Positions 1 to 9,819 of a DNA stretch of 42,056 nucleotides are shown in pieces. The DNA is from a virus (lineage: Duplodnaviria; Caudoviricetes). The stretch lies in the IMG/VR virus record IMGVR_UViG_3300037722_000331, positions 1-42,056 of that record. One strand, 5' to 3'. Every line of letters starts with the position of its first letter. The first letter of the stretch is position 1. Under the pieces are notes generated by a model. It searched no databases and was not told where the DNA came from. It saw nothing but the letters and a program-made list of their open reading frames with translations. Position numbers and translations under genes: made by a program.

Positions 1-127
1 TGCCCCAAGTGCGGCGGGTCCGACTGTCTTAGCGTAAGAGAGGATGGTACTGCTTTCTGCTTTTCTAACTGCGGAAACATTTCCGATTATAACGCTGCCC
101 CCGCCGCTCCGCTTCCTCCGCGAATTA
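1..127. repeat. Terminal direct repeat, copy 1 (probable assembly overlap)
   Basis: Identical to 41930-42056. It lies inside the primase gene, and 127 is a common assembler k-mer length. Confidence 0.95.
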
Positions 128-1704
128 AAGGCCCCGCCTCTATGCAATATCAAGAGATGCTGGATGCCTATGAAGCCGCTTCAACGCTCGCCCTCCCTTC
201 CCGGAAGATCACTCGTGAAACCTGCGAGGCTTGGGGATATAAAGTCAGGCAGATGCCTAACGGGGAGTGGCATCATCTCTGCCCTTACAGGGATGAACGC
301 GGTCGGATCATCGACATTAAAGTACGGAACGTAGGGACTGACGGCACAAAGAAAGACTTCTTCTGGATGCTCGGTTCCAAAGGCCGCGAGGCCGAACCCC
401 CGATCCTTGGGCTCCACCGATGGGAACGCTCTGGAAAGATGCTGATCCTCACTGAGGGTGAGATCGATCTTCTGACGGTATCCCAGGCGTTCGGCAATCA
501 GTTCTCGCAAGGGTCTCTTCCTAATGGGGCAGGCAATGCAGCCGCTGCCGTGGCAAAGCACATCGAACGTATTAGCGATTTCGAGCGCATAGTCATCTGG
601 TTCGATAATGACGAACCGGGTCAGAAAGCCGCTGAAGAGGTTGCAAGATTGCTACCTCCGGGCAAGGGCTGTATCGTTCATAGCGCCCACAAGGATGCGA
701 GTGAGATGCTTCAATCGGGAGCGTTCTACCTCGATCTAACCCGCCTGTGCTGGAATGCGCCAACATTCAGGCCGGATGGGATCACCAGTCTCTCAGCCCT
801 TCGAGCGCAAATCCTCTCAAAGCCCGAGATGGGGTTGCCGTGGGCGTGGCCGACTCTAACCGAATGGACTTACGGCCGCCGCTATGGGGAACTCATCGGC
901 ATCGGGGCAGGCACGGGACAGGGCAAGTCTGACTTTCTCGCCGAAGAGGTTGCTCATACCGTGTTCGATCTCAAGGAAAAGGTCGGCGTATTCGCCTGGG
1001 AGTCCGGCCCCGCCGGCTACGCCAAACAGGTTCTGGGCAAGCGTGCCGGGCTGCGCTTTCATATCCCCAATCTTTATCCTGAGAACCCGGAATGGACGCA
1101 GGAGCACCTCGAAGAGGCTCTTCTTGAATATGACAATCTTGCCAAAGAGCTTCTCTTTCTTAACGATCATAGGGGTGCCACAGATTGGGATAGCGTCAAG
1201 GACCGTATCCGGTTCTTGGTGCATAGCGAGGGTGTACGTCACATCGTTCTTGATCCCCTGACGGCCTTGTCCGCTCTTGCGGCTGACGAACGAAGAGAGA
1301 TGGAGCGTTTGATGGCCGAGGCTTCGGCGCTCACGGCGGAACTCAATATCTGCACCTACTTCACGTCACACCTTGCCACCCCGGAAGGGAAGAGTCACGA
1401 AGAGGGAGGCCGCGTCGAGATGCGACACTTCAAGGGATCGAGAGCAGTGGGGTTCTGGTGTAATTTCGCATTTGGCATGGAGCGCAACCAGCAGGCTGAG
1501 ACCGAAGAGGAGGGGTGCAAGACGACGCTGCGGTGCCTCAAGGATCGCTACACGGGGAATGCTCTGGGGAAAACGATGGCGCTCCACTATAATAGGCTGA
1601 ACGGCCGTCTGGAAGAAGCTATGGACAAGCGACACGCCTCAGATGCGCCGGCCGATATGACTGTCGAAGACGCCAAGATATTGGCTGATCTCAATGGCGA
1701 CTAG
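1..1704 (+). CDS. T7 gp4-like primase/helicase, 3' part (gene starts at 41864 and crosses the join, ~589 aa)
   Basis: Frame open from base 1: CPKCGGSD...FCFSNC zinc ribbon, TOPRIM motifs (LTEGEID, WFDNDEPG), Walker A GAGTGQGKS, IVLDPL, FKGSRA, LKDRYTG. Confidence 0.96.
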   Translation, partial: CPKCGGSDCLSVREDGTAFCFSNCGNISDYNAAPAAPLPPRIKGPASMQYQEMLDAYEAASTLALPSRKITRETCEAWGYKVRQMPNGEWHHLCPYRDERGRIIDIKVRNVGTDGTKKDFFWMLGSKGREAEPPILGLHRWERSGKMLILTEGEIDLLTVSQAFGNQFSQGSLPNGAGNAAAAVAKHIERISDFERIVIWFDNDEPGQKAAEEVARLLPPGKGCIVHSAHKDASEMLQSGAFYLDLTRLCWNAPTFRPDGITSLSALRAQILSKPEMGLPWAWPTLTEWTYGRRYGELIGIGAGTGQGKSDFLAEEVAHTVFDLKEKVGVFAWESGPAGYAKQVLGKRAGLRFHIPNLYPENPEWTQEHLEEALLEYDNLAKELLFLNDHRGATDWDSVKDRIRFLVHSEGVRHIVLDPLTALSALAADERREMERLMAEASALTAELNICTYFTSHLATPEGKSHEEGGRVEMRHFKGSRAVGFWCNFAFGMERNQQAETEEEGCKTTLRCLKDRYTGNALGKTMALHYNRLNGRLEEAMDKRHASDAPADMTVEDAKILADLNGD

Positions 1705-3805
1705 TCCCCTGATAGCGTGGTACGATCTGGAGACCAACGGCCTTCTTCCCGAGGTTTCCTGTATCCACAGTCTGTGCATTGCTTTCAGCGATGGACGCAC
1801 GATGTCATGCTGTAACCAGAAAGGGTATCCGACGATTGACGCCGGCTTGAGGGAACTTGCAAAGGCTGACATTCGCGTAGCGCACAACGGGATCGGATAC
1901 GATGAGCCGGTGATTGTGAAACTTGAAGGCCCGCACACCTTGTCGCAGGACCGGATCATTGACACCCTCATCCTGGCCCGCCTGGTCTTCCCTGAGCTTC
2001 ATATTCATGGGCCTAACCCCCACAAGGTATACGCCAAGAAATCGCATAAGCTAGAAGATTGGGGCAGACGCCTAGGCGTTCTCAAAGACGGGTATAAAGG
2101 CGGCTGGACTTCATGGAGTCCTGAGATGCAGAGTTATTGCGCTCAGGATGTTCAGGTCCTGAAGACGGTTTATCAATATCTCATGCATCCGTCCCGCCGC
2201 CCGCCCTCTCTCGCAGTCTCAATAGAAATGGCCTTTGCAAAGATCATCTCCAGACAGGAACGTAGGGGCGTCACCTTCGACATGGACGCCGCCTTGGACA
2301 TTGCAGCGATACTGCATGAGAGGATCGCCAAAATCGAGACCACGTTGATTGAAACATTCGGATCGTGGTGGGCATACAAGACACGCTCTTCGGATGCCTC
2401 CGATGAGAAAGACGAAGACGACACAGAGGAGGTCGATGAGGATGAAGCAAACCGGCGGCTTGCCCCCATCGTCAAGACCGTAGCGAAAACACGCTATACC
2501 GCCCTTAAAGATTTCCCGAATGTACGCACTATTCGCTATAGCCCTAAGACGGGTAAGCGGCTGAAGGACCACGTAGGCCCGCCTAAGTGTTTGTATGAAG
2601 TCGGGGCTTCTTATGTCGAGATCAAGCGTGTCCAGTTTAATCCCGGATCGCGAGAACACGTAAGACGTATCCTGAAAGATCGCTACGGATGGCTTCCCAA
2701 GAGGTTCACAAAGGCGACGACACGCAACCCAAATGGCTCGCCTATTGTCGATGATGGAGTGCTTCAAGACCTTGCAGACCAGATACCGGAATGTCGGATG
2801 CTAGCCGACTACTTCCTGCTGAAGAAGCGAGTGGGCATGTTGGCAGACGGTCGGCAAGCCTGGATCAAAAAGGCTGTGTTAGACCCGTCAACGAATGAGT
2901 ATCGCATACACGGCCGGGTCAACACGGGTGGGGCTCTTGGTGGAAGATGCACACACTCCTCACCTAACCTTGCTCAGGTCCCTTCTCACAAGAAAGAATA
3001 TGCGGGCACGCCAGACGAACTTGAGAAGAAACAGGGCCTCCAGGTTCTGGAAGGTATCCCTCCGCTGCGCTCCCTCTTTGTTCCCCGCCGTGGATATAAG
3101 ATGGCAGGTTTCGACGCAAGCAGCGGTGAGTTGCGGATGCTTGGCAGTTACCTCGCCCAGTACGATGAGGGACTCTATGCCTCGATTGTTTCCGATCCCG
3201 ATGGCGATCCCCATGCCTGGACAAGAGACACAATAGGGGTCGATGTTATTGGACCCGGATCGGACGGCCGTGAGAAGGCTAAGACCGTGATCTACGCCAA
3301 GATTTACGGAGGAGGCAAGGAGAAGATCGGCTCCATCATCAGCCCAAAGGCCGGTAGAGAGGAGAAGATAAGGATTGGAAATGCCGTCGATGAGGCGATA
3401 GGGTCGCGCTTTCAAGCCTTATACTCTTTACAGCAAAGCCTCATGCAGACCGTGCAGGAGACGGGACAGATACTCGGACTAGACGGGAGACGTATACCGA
3501 TCCGCAAAGCCTTCGCAGCCCTTAATACCCTCTTGCAATCCGCCCTTGCCATAGTGATGAAGATGGCGCTGATTATACTGGATGGGAGACTGCAAGCTCG
3601 CGGACTAAAGCCGGGGCTCGATTATGAATTTGTTCTCAACGTTCACGATGAGGCTCAAGCCGAAGTGAGGGATGATCCCGGTGTCCTGACAATTTTCCGC
3701 GAAGAGGCTCAGGACTGTATCGTCGCTGCGGGCAGGAAATTCAAGCTTAAGTGTGCGCTGGCCGGAAGCGTGAAGATAGGAAATGCCTGGAGTGAGACAC
3801 ACTGA
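1694..3805 (+). CDS. Family A DNA polymerase (T7 gp5-like) with 3'-5' exonuclease
   Basis: Exo motifs YDLETNG, HNGIGYD, YCAQDV; motif A FDASSGELR; motif B REKAKTVIYAKIYG; motif C VHDEAQ. Confidence 0.97.
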   Translation: MATSPLIAWYDLETNGLLPEVSCIHSLCIAFSDGRTMSCCNQKGYPTIDAGLRELAKADIRVAHNGIGYDEPVIVKLEGPHTLSQDRIIDTLILARLVFPELHIHGPNPHKVYAKKSHKLEDWGRRLGVLKDGYKGGWTSWSPEMQSYCAQDVQVLKTVYQYLMHPSRRPPSLAVSIEMAFAKIISRQERRGVTFDMDAALDIAAILHERIAKIETTLIETFGSWWAYKTRSSDASDEKDEDDTEEVDEDEANRRLAPIVKTVAKTRYTALKDFPNVRTIRYSPKTGKRLKDHVGPPKCLYEVGASYVEIKRVQFNPGSREHVRRILKDRYGWLPKRFTKATTRNPNGSPIVDDGVLQDLADQIPECRMLADYFLLKKRVGMLADGRQAWIKKAVLDPSTNEYRIHGRVNTGGALGGRCTHSSPNLAQVPSHKKEYAGTPDELEKKQGLQVLEGIPPLRSLFVPRRGYKMAGFDASSGELRMLGSYLAQYDEGLYASIVSDPDGDPHAWTRDTIGVDVIGPGSDGREKAKTVIYAKIYGGGKEKIGSIISPKAGREEKIRIGNAVDEAIGSRFQALYSLQQSLMQTVQETGQILGLDGRRIPIRKAFAALNTLLQSALAIVMKMALIILDGRLQARGLKPGLDYEFVLNVHDEAQAEVRDDPGVLTIFREEAQDCIVAAGRKFKLKCALAGSVKIGNAWSETH

Positions 3806-3806
3806 C

Positions 3807-4025
3807 ATGCGACATAAAGCTCTAATTGATTTGCTGAGGGACTTGTGGTTATATCCCATGACGACTAAATCTGACTATGCCCGCCTCCATGCCGACATCA
3901 TATCAGAAGCGGCTGTAAAGGGCCTGATCACCACACAAGCAAAGCCCGGAGTTTCTCCTATGGTATACGGGAGAGAGTGGCGAGTTACTCCGGCTGGTTT
4001 AATCATGCTCTGGGAGCTTAATTAG
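3807..4025 (+). CDS. T7 gp5.7-like protein (host RNAP inhibitor family)
   Basis: KSDYAR...ISEAAVKGLITT...EWRVTPAG resembles T7 gp5.7 as I recall it, and it sits between polymerase and exonuclease. ATG 3807 preferred as start. Confidence 0.75.
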   Translation: MRHKALIDLLRDLWLYPMTTKSDYARLHADIISEAAVKGLITTQAKPGVSPMVYGREWRVTPAGLIMLWELN

Positions 4026-4838
4026 ATGACTAAGCGACGTACTGCAATCATCGATGCCGATAGTGTCCTCTATTCTATTGCGGCCATGGCGGAAGTCAGG
4101 GTCGATGAGAATGAATGGCTGCCATTGATACCGCCCGAAAAGGCGTTGGATCAGGTAGTCTTTATGATTGAGTCTCTGACGAACGAAGCGGGATGTGATC
4201 GAGCCCTTGTCGTGCTTTCAGACCATCGCAACTTTCGCAAAGTTCTTTATCCCGCTTATAAGAGCAACAGGAAAGACGCCAGACGGCCGACCATTCTTGG
4301 GGAATTGAGAGCACTCGTAATGGGGGCTGATAAAGGCTATGGAAAATTAATCATTCCCTGGCTTGAAGCCGACGATGTGTGTGGTATTTCCTATGGCCTT
4401 CTCGCGGAAAAGGGTATGGAGTCTGTGATCGTTTCGCAAGACAAGGATATGTGTTCGATCCCTTGTCTGCTGTACAATCCCAGGCCCAATGCATTCACAG
4501 GGAGCAGACGCCCCGTCGAGACTATTAGCGAAGCATCTGCGGACAGATTTCATCTCATGCAGACGCTTTCGGGAGACGCTGTAGATGGCTATCCTGGGTG
4601 CCCCGGAATAGGCTTTGTGAAGGCGAATAAAATACTCGAAGGATATAATAATGCAGAGGCCGTGGATGCTGGAGTCACTGGCGCTGAAGCCTGGAAAAGG
4701 GTGGTTGCTGCCTATGTGGAGAAGGGCCTCACCGAGCAGGATGCCCTGTTGCAGGCCCGCGTGGCTCGGATATTGAGATCGAAAGATTGGGATGCGGTCA
4801 ACAAGAAAGTCAAGCAATGGGAGCCTGAGCGTGACTGA
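4026..4838 (+). CDS. 5'-3' exonuclease (T7 gp6-like)
   Basis: IIDADS, NFRK..YPAYKSNRK, LEADD, SQDKD, GDAVDGYPGCPGIG. Confidence 0.95.
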   Translation: MTKRRTAIIDADSVLYSIAAMAEVRVDENEWLPLIPPEKALDQVVFMIESLTNEAGCDRALVVLSDHRNFRKVLYPAYKSNRKDARRPTILGELRALVMGADKGYGKLIIPWLEADDVCGISYGLLAEKGMESVIVSQDKDMCSIPCLLYNPRPNAFTGSRRPVETISEASADRFHLMQTLSGDAVDGYPGCPGIGFVKANKILEGYNNAEAVDAGVTGAEAWKRVVAAYVEKGLTEQDALLQARVARILRSKDWDAVNKKVKQWEPERD

Positions 4839-5238
4839 GGAGCTTAAAGACACCAATCCAAAAACCCGCTTCGGTAAAGCTAAACCCCCCTTGGAGCTTA
4901 CCCTATCGACAGCGCTTCTTCATATGGCAAAGGCTCAGCAATCCGGCGATTTGAGATATGGGCGCATGAACTGGCGCACTGATCCAGTCACTGCCTCGAT
5001 CTATGTGGGAGCGCTTCTGCGCCATACCCTGAAGTGGTGGTCAGGCGGTATCGATTTCGATCCTGAGTCCGGTGCGCACGAACTTGGACACGTGATGAAT
5101 AACGCGGCGATTTTACTTGACGCGAGGGACAATCATACGTTAATAGATGATAGACCTCCTCCCAATCCGCGTATCCTGGAATTGATCGCACAGCTAACAG
5201 AGGCTTTGGAAGCAGATGACAATCAACCGAAGAGATAA
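4831..5238 (+). CDS. dATP/dGTP diphosphohydrolase-like (DUF5664-type) protein
   Basis: TNPK..FG..KPPL, G..RYGRMNWR, ALLRH, DPESGAHELGH, LIDDRP pattern. GTG 4831 follows a GGAG. Confidence 0.7.
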   Translation: MTEELKDTNPKTRFGKAKPPLELTLSTALLHMAKAQQSGDLRYGRMNWRTDPVTASIYVGALLRHTLKWWSGGIDFDPESGAHELGHVMNNAAILLDARDNHTLIDDRPPPNPRILELIAQLTEALEADDNQPKR

Positions 5239-5503
5239 CTTTTCCGAGTTCCGGCAGCGTACCGTGCCCGAGGGAACCTCAGAAGGTCCACTCGATTGGC
5301 GACCTGAGAACCTCATCTCGCCGGCCTTGATCGAATATCTGGAGAGAACATTCCCTGATCGCATGGGGCCGTTCCCTTCCGCAATGCCAACGCCTGAGGT
5401 AATGGTGCATGTGCGCCTTCATCAGGGTCGTCAGGAAGTCATCTCCCATCTTCGAAACCTGTTAAAGAAAGGCTACCCAAATGTGCCTCTTGAAGCGTCC
5501 TAA
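5216..5503 (+). CDS. Conserved small protein upstream of portal
   Basis: LIEYLERTFPD...GRQEVISHL pattern and position are typical of T7-like phages. Confidence 0.6.
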   Translation: MTINRRDNFSEFRQRTVPEGTSEGPLDWRPENLISPALIEYLERTFPDRMGPFPSAMPTPEVMVHVRLHQGRQEVISHLRNLLKKGYPNVPLEAS

Positions 5504-5810
5504 AGTTCAGACTCCCGCCGCCCCTCCGGGACCCGCAGAAGAGGCTGCACAGAACATCGCTATCGGACAGGGAGGTCTTATCGATCCCCGGTTTCGTTTG
5601 GGAGGCCGGTCTCTACTGAGGATTGGAGGCCAACGTGCTCCTGTTGCTCGACCCGCTATTGGGGGAACTTCTGCTGGCGGAGGCGTATCGCCGGCGACAG
5701 GCGGAGGCGCTGCGCCCACTGCTCCTTCAACAGGCGGTGGCGGAGGACTCAGCATCGGCGGGGGCGGCTCAAGTGACAGTCGCAGAGGCCGTGGTGGCTT
5801 CAGGCTTTAA
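5481..5810 (+). CDS. Small Gly/Pro-rich virion assembly protein (gp6.7/gp7.3-like)
   Basis: MC...PKVQTP start, low complexity, directly before the portal. Confidence 0.6.
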   Translation: MCLLKRPKVQTPAAPPGPAEEAAQNIAIGQGGLIDPRFRLGGRSLLRIGGQRAPVARPAIGGTSAGGGVSPATGGGAAPTAPSTGGGGGLSIGGGGSSDSRRGRGGFRL

Positions 5811-5821
5811 GGGACAATTCA

Positions 5822-7429
5822 ATGACTGACCACCTTCTAACAGGCGCGTCCACCGCCGCCGGCCGATATAAAAAGCTGTCCTCTGATCGAGAGCCGTTTC
5901 TTCAGCGCGCCCGTAGGCAGGCTTCATTGACGCTCACTTCGCTATTCCGTAACATCGGAGACAACGGATTTACGGATCATGCTGTCGCCTGGAATAGTTT
6001 TGGCGCGTATGCCGTCAATAACCTATCGAACAAAGTCATCCTGTCCCTGTTCCCTGCCGGCGTGCCCTGGATAAAGCTTCGGCAATCCCGACAGGGGCTG
6101 GCGGATTTAGCTGAGTTGCCCCCTGAGATAGCCGGACAATTAAGGGCTGAGATCGCCGCTGCTCTGTCGATTGTGGAGCAGGATTTCACTGAGGAGGTAG
6201 AAGTCGATGGTGATAGGTTCCGTCTATTCACGGCCGTGAAGCGCCTTCTTGTCGGGGGCAATCACGCTCTCAGGTTCTTGAAGAATGGCAAGGTAGCGGG
6301 TATTCCTCTGGAGCGTTATGTGACGCTTCGAGCCCCCGATGGCACACTCGTAGAATGGGTGATTGAGTCGGCTATTGACTTTGAACATCTTCCAGAGGAC
6401 GTGCAACGGGTAGCTCAGGAAAAGGGACACAAGGGTCGCAGTCAGTTCAAGCCGGCCGACATCATCAAGGTCTACACACACGGCTATTTCAATGACGGTC
6501 AGTGGATAGTGTACGATGAGGTCGAAGGCGAGAAGGTTGCTGACTCTGAAGCGAAGTTCGATCCCGATACCCTGCCTTGGATGTTCTTGCGCTGGACCGG
6601 GCTCGAAGAAGAGCACTATGGTCGCTCCTATGCAGAAGACTATGAAGCCGACCTACAGACTGTGGACGGTATCACACAGATCGTTCAGGAAGGCTCTGCG
6701 GCGGCTGCGCTGTTCATTAGGCTGGTCAGTCCCAATGGCGTCACGAACAAGCGGGCTATTGAACAGGCTCAGAATGGGGCCGTTATCACGGGCGAGCAGC
6801 AAGATGTCTCCACTCTACAGGGAGATAAGGGTTCCGATTTCCAGGGGGCTCTCACTGTAGAGGATCGTGCCCTCGCCCGGCTTTCCCGCGCCTTCCTACT
6901 AAACTCGGCTGTCCAGCGCTCCGGCGAACGGGTCACTGCCGAAGAGATCAGGTTCGTTGCTCGCGAGCTTGAGGATCAGCTAGGTGGGGCTTACTCAAAC
7001 CAGGTTGTAGAGTTTCAGCAGCCTTACGCCCGCCTCAAGCTACAAGCTCTTCAACGCCTGGATCGCATCACGCGAATGCCCAAGAATGCCGTCGATCTCG
7101 TGATTATCACCGGGTCGGCCGCTCTAGGGCGTCAGGCGGAAATTCAGCTTCTCGATGCGTTCCTTCTCGGGGGCGCTCAGGTGATCCAGGCTATCGGGCC
7201 TAACATCATCGATGAGAACGTGTACATGAAACGCCGCGCCGCCGCTTTGGGCGTTGATACCGAAGGATTGGTATTGACACCCGAACAAAGAGACGCTAGA
7301 CAACAAGAGCTGGCCCAAAGTCAGCTTAGCCAACAAATTGCGCCAGAGGTTACGAGGCAGGCTGGACAGCTTATTCAACAGCAACGCCAGCAAGCCGCAG
7401 ATCAGGCACAGACGCAAGATCAACAATAG
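5822..7429 (+). CDS. Portal / head-tail connector (gp8-like)
   Basis: 535 aa; GAYAVNNLSNK..LSLFP, EHYGRSY, QRSGERVTAEEIR, ALGR. Confidence 0.96.
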   Translation: MTDHLLTGASTAAGRYKKLSSDREPFLQRARRQASLTLTSLFRNIGDNGFTDHAVAWNSFGAYAVNNLSNKVILSLFPAGVPWIKLRQSRQGLADLAELPPEIAGQLRAEIAAALSIVEQDFTEEVEVDGDRFRLFTAVKRLLVGGNHALRFLKNGKVAGIPLERYVTLRAPDGTLVEWVIESAIDFEHLPEDVQRVAQEKGHKGRSQFKPADIIKVYTHGYFNDGQWIVYDEVEGEKVADSEAKFDPDTLPWMFLRWTGLEEEHYGRSYAEDYEADLQTVDGITQIVQEGSAAAALFIRLVSPNGVTNKRAIEQAQNGAVITGEQQDVSTLQGDKGSDFQGALTVEDRALARLSRAFLLNSAVQRSGERVTAEEIRFVARELEDQLGGAYSNQVVEFQQPYARLKLQALQRLDRITRMPKNAVDLVIITGSAALGRQAEIQLLDAFLLGGAQVIQAIGPNIIDENVYMKRRAAALGVDTEGLVLTPEQRDARQQELAQSQLSQQIAPEVTRQAGQLIQQQRQQAADQAQTQDQQ

Positions 7430-7444
7430 AGGAGTTTCAGGATC

Positions 7445-8233
7445 ATGGTTCTTAGAGTCACTTCTTCTGAAGAAGGCGGTATCCAGGCCACTGAGCAATC
7501 TGGCACCACTAGCGTCACAGGTGGCGAAGGTGGAATTACAACCAATCAACAGCCCGGATTTCAGCGCATTGAAGCTGAGCGTCCTGCCGCAGAGTCTGCC
7601 AAGGAAGCCGAGACCAAACCGGCAACTGAAGACACCAAGGCCGCACCCGCCAAAGAAGAGGCCACGAAAACAGAACCGGCTAAGGAGGCGGCCACAGAAA
7701 AGAAGGTCGCTGAACCTTCTGCTTTTGAGAAGGCCCGGCTCGATCTGGCCGATGACTTCCTTAACAACAACGGCAGCCTCACCGACGATGCTGTCAAGAA
7801 GGCTGTCGAGGCGTTCAAGGACACGGGGTTCACTGAACAGGACATTCGCATCTATGAGGCCGGGCTCAAGGCCCAAATGGCGGAGACCTATAAGGACTTC
7901 GGAGGGTTTGACCAGTTCAAGCAGTTCCTGTCGTGGGCCGAAGCGGGGATGGCGAAGAACGATCAAGACCTCTACAATGACTTCCTCAATCGCGCGGAGT
8001 TCGGCAAGGCGGGTGCTCTTGCTAACACCTACCGGCAGAAGTGGCAGGCGGCTACTGGCGATGTTCAACGCCGCGACATCACCGAGAAAGCTAATGCGTC
8101 CAATACTGCGCCGTCGGGAGCGGTTCAGGGCTATGCTTCACAGGCTGAGATGAAGAAGGACATGGGCGATCCACGTTACGCTAAAGACTCGGCGTTTCGT
8201 GCAATGGTCGCCAAAAGAATGGCGGCATCCTGA
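7445..8233 (+). CDS. Capsid scaffolding protein (gp9-like)
   Basis: Acidic; follows the portal; C-terminal GYASQAEM..DM.DPRY..D.AFR..V..R. Confidence 0.92.
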   Translation: MVLRVTSSEEGGIQATEQSGTTSVTGGEGGITTNQQPGFQRIEAERPAAESAKEAETKPATEDTKAAPAKEEATKTEPAKEAATEKKVAEPSAFEKARLDLADDFLNNNGSLTDDAVKKAVEAFKDTGFTEQDIRIYEAGLKAQMAETYKDFGGFDQFKQFLSWAEAGMAKNDQDLYNDFLNRAEFGKAGALANTYRQKWQAATGDVQRRDITEKANASNTAPSGAVQGYASQAEMKKDMGDPRYAKDSAFRAMVAKRMAAS

Positions 8234-8367
8234 TGGAATGGGTTCTGTTCGTTTCTCTGTTCACGATTATCTCGCTTTTGGTGCGCATCAAAATCGAGCT
8301 TGCGCAAATTCGCGCCGATACGAAACTTATCGCTGCGGTAGTGTTCAGCCGTTCTAAAGGTGACTAA
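8233..8367 (+). CDS. 44-aa single-pass membrane protein (not in ORF track)
   Basis: TGATG coupling to the scaffold stop; MEWVLFVSLFTIISLLVRIKIELAQ...; ends just before the next ATG at 8369. Confidence 0.65.
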   Translation: MEWVLFVSLFTIISLLVRIKIELAQIRADTKLIAAVVFSRSKGD

Positions 8368-8368
8368 A

Positions 8369-8875
8369 ATGCTCAGTGCGATTTTAGGCGGCATAGGCAC
8401 GCTCATCTCTCCTCTCTTCAAGTGGCTTGATGCTAAATCACAGCGCAAGCTCCTGGAAATTGAAGGCAGGACGCGAGCCCTCACAGCCGCTGCCGAGGCT
8501 CAGGCTGAAGTCGCTATTGCAAAGGCCAAGGCTGAAGCCAAGGTCTACGAGATGAAAGCTACCCATGAGATCGCGTGGGAGATGGCGCGAGTTCAGGATG
8601 CTTCCAAATCATGGGTTGACGAATACTGGACAGTCGTTATATCCTTTCCTCTGATTATCGGATTTATTCCTGCACAGGTTGTACAAGACGCTGTTCGTCA
8701 AGGGTTTGCAAACATGGAGACTGCCCCCGACTGGTATGTCGCTGCGGTTGGAGCCTCCATCGCTTTCGCTTTTGGCATCCGCAAGGTTGCCAATATCATG
8801 TCCAAGCCCCGTGCCCCGGCAAGCGTGGTAAGGACCGTTTCAATCGACCGGGATAAACTAACCAGCAAGGAGTAA
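8369..8875 (+). CDS. Holin-like membrane protein (3TM-holin-like)
   Basis: Amphipathic N-terminus, coiled coil, SWVDEYW, hydrophobic segments, PDWY...AFGIRK. Confidence 0.6.
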   Translation: MLSAILGGIGTLISPLFKWLDAKSQRKLLEIEGRTRALTAAAEAQAEVAIAKAKAEAKVYEMKATHEIAWEMARVQDASKSWVDEYWTVVISFPLIIGFIPAQVVQDAVRQGFANMETAPDWYVAAVGASIAFAFGIRKVANIMSKPRAPASVVRTVSIDRDKLTSKE

Positions 8876-8877
8876 CC

Positions 8878-9819
8878 ATGGCAGACGCCACCCCGAGCCG
8901 GGTTGGGCAGATTAACTTGGCAGGCGACCAGCTTGCCCTGTTTCTCAAGCTTTTCGCCGGCGAAGTTCTGACCGCGTTTGACCGCAAGACTGACTACCGT
9001 TCCCGACACCGTGTTCGTACCATTCCTCACGGCAAGTCGGCGCAGTTCCCGGTTGTCGGCCTCGCTGCGGCGCAGTTTCATACCCCTGGCACTGAGATCA
9101 CAGGCCAGCAAATCCGGCACGGCGAGCGGATCATCAACGTCGAAGACATTCTCTTGGCCCCGGTCTTTATTGCCGGTTTTGACGAACTGATGAACCACTA
9201 CGATGTGCGGTCGATCTACAGCAATGAGATTGCCCAAGCGTTGGCGAAGACGTTCGACAAGGACGTGTCTCGCACTATCTCCCGCGCCGCCCGCGCCGCT
9301 GCGAACCTGACAGACCTTCAGCCGGGTACAGTCCTCAGCCACGCCGACGCTGCAACCGATGGTCCGACGCTCTTCGGGCTGATCTTCGATGCCGGCGTTG
9401 AACTTGACAAGAAAGACATTCCGGCCGACGGTCGGCATGTGGCAATGAAGCCGGTGCAATATGCGCTGGTGGTCCGTTCCGAGAAGCCGATCAATACCGA
9501 CCTTAACCCGGACGGCAATGGCTCCCTCGCCTCTGGCCTCGTTTTCCGCATCAATGGTATGCCGCTGTTCAAGACGAACAACATGGCACAGGAAGACGAT
9601 ACGCTCAATACGGCGATCCCCGCTCTCCGCCGGCTGAACTACGCTCCGCAGATGGCTCAGGTTTTCCACGAGTCGGCTGCCGGGACCGTTCAGTTGCAAG
9701 ACATGACGATGGAGTCCGAATATGACATCCGCCGTCAGGGCACGCTCGTCCTCGGTAAATATCTTGTCGGCCACGACTATCTGCGGCCGGAAGCTGCCGT
9801 CGAGATTGACGACATTTAA
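8878..9819 (+). CDS. Major capsid protein (gp10-like)
   Basis: ALFLKLFAGEVLTAF, VRTI..GKSAQFP, HYDVRS.YS, LRPEAAVEI; strong AAGGAG SD. Confidence 0.97.
   Translation: MADATPSRVGQINLAGDQLALFLKLFAGEVLTAFDRKTDYRSRHRVRTIPHGKSAQFPVVGLAAAQFHTPGTEITGQQIRHGERIINVEDILLAPVFIAGFDELMNHYDVRSIYSNEIAQALAKTFDKDVSRTISRAARAAANLTDLQPGTVLSHADAATDGPTLFGLIFDAGVELDKKDIPADGRHVAMKPVQYALVVRSEKPINTDLNPDGNGSLASGLVFRINGMPLFKTNNMAQEDDTLNTAIPALRRLNYAPQMAQVFHESAAGTVQLQDMTMESEYDIRRQGTLVLGKYLVGHDYLRPEAAVEIDDI

Noticed and set aside
7124-9774. Long antisense ORFs (314 aa and 358 aa)
   Set aside because: They lie opposite codon-biased scaffold and capsid genes, have no recognisable motifs, and are typical shadow ORFs.
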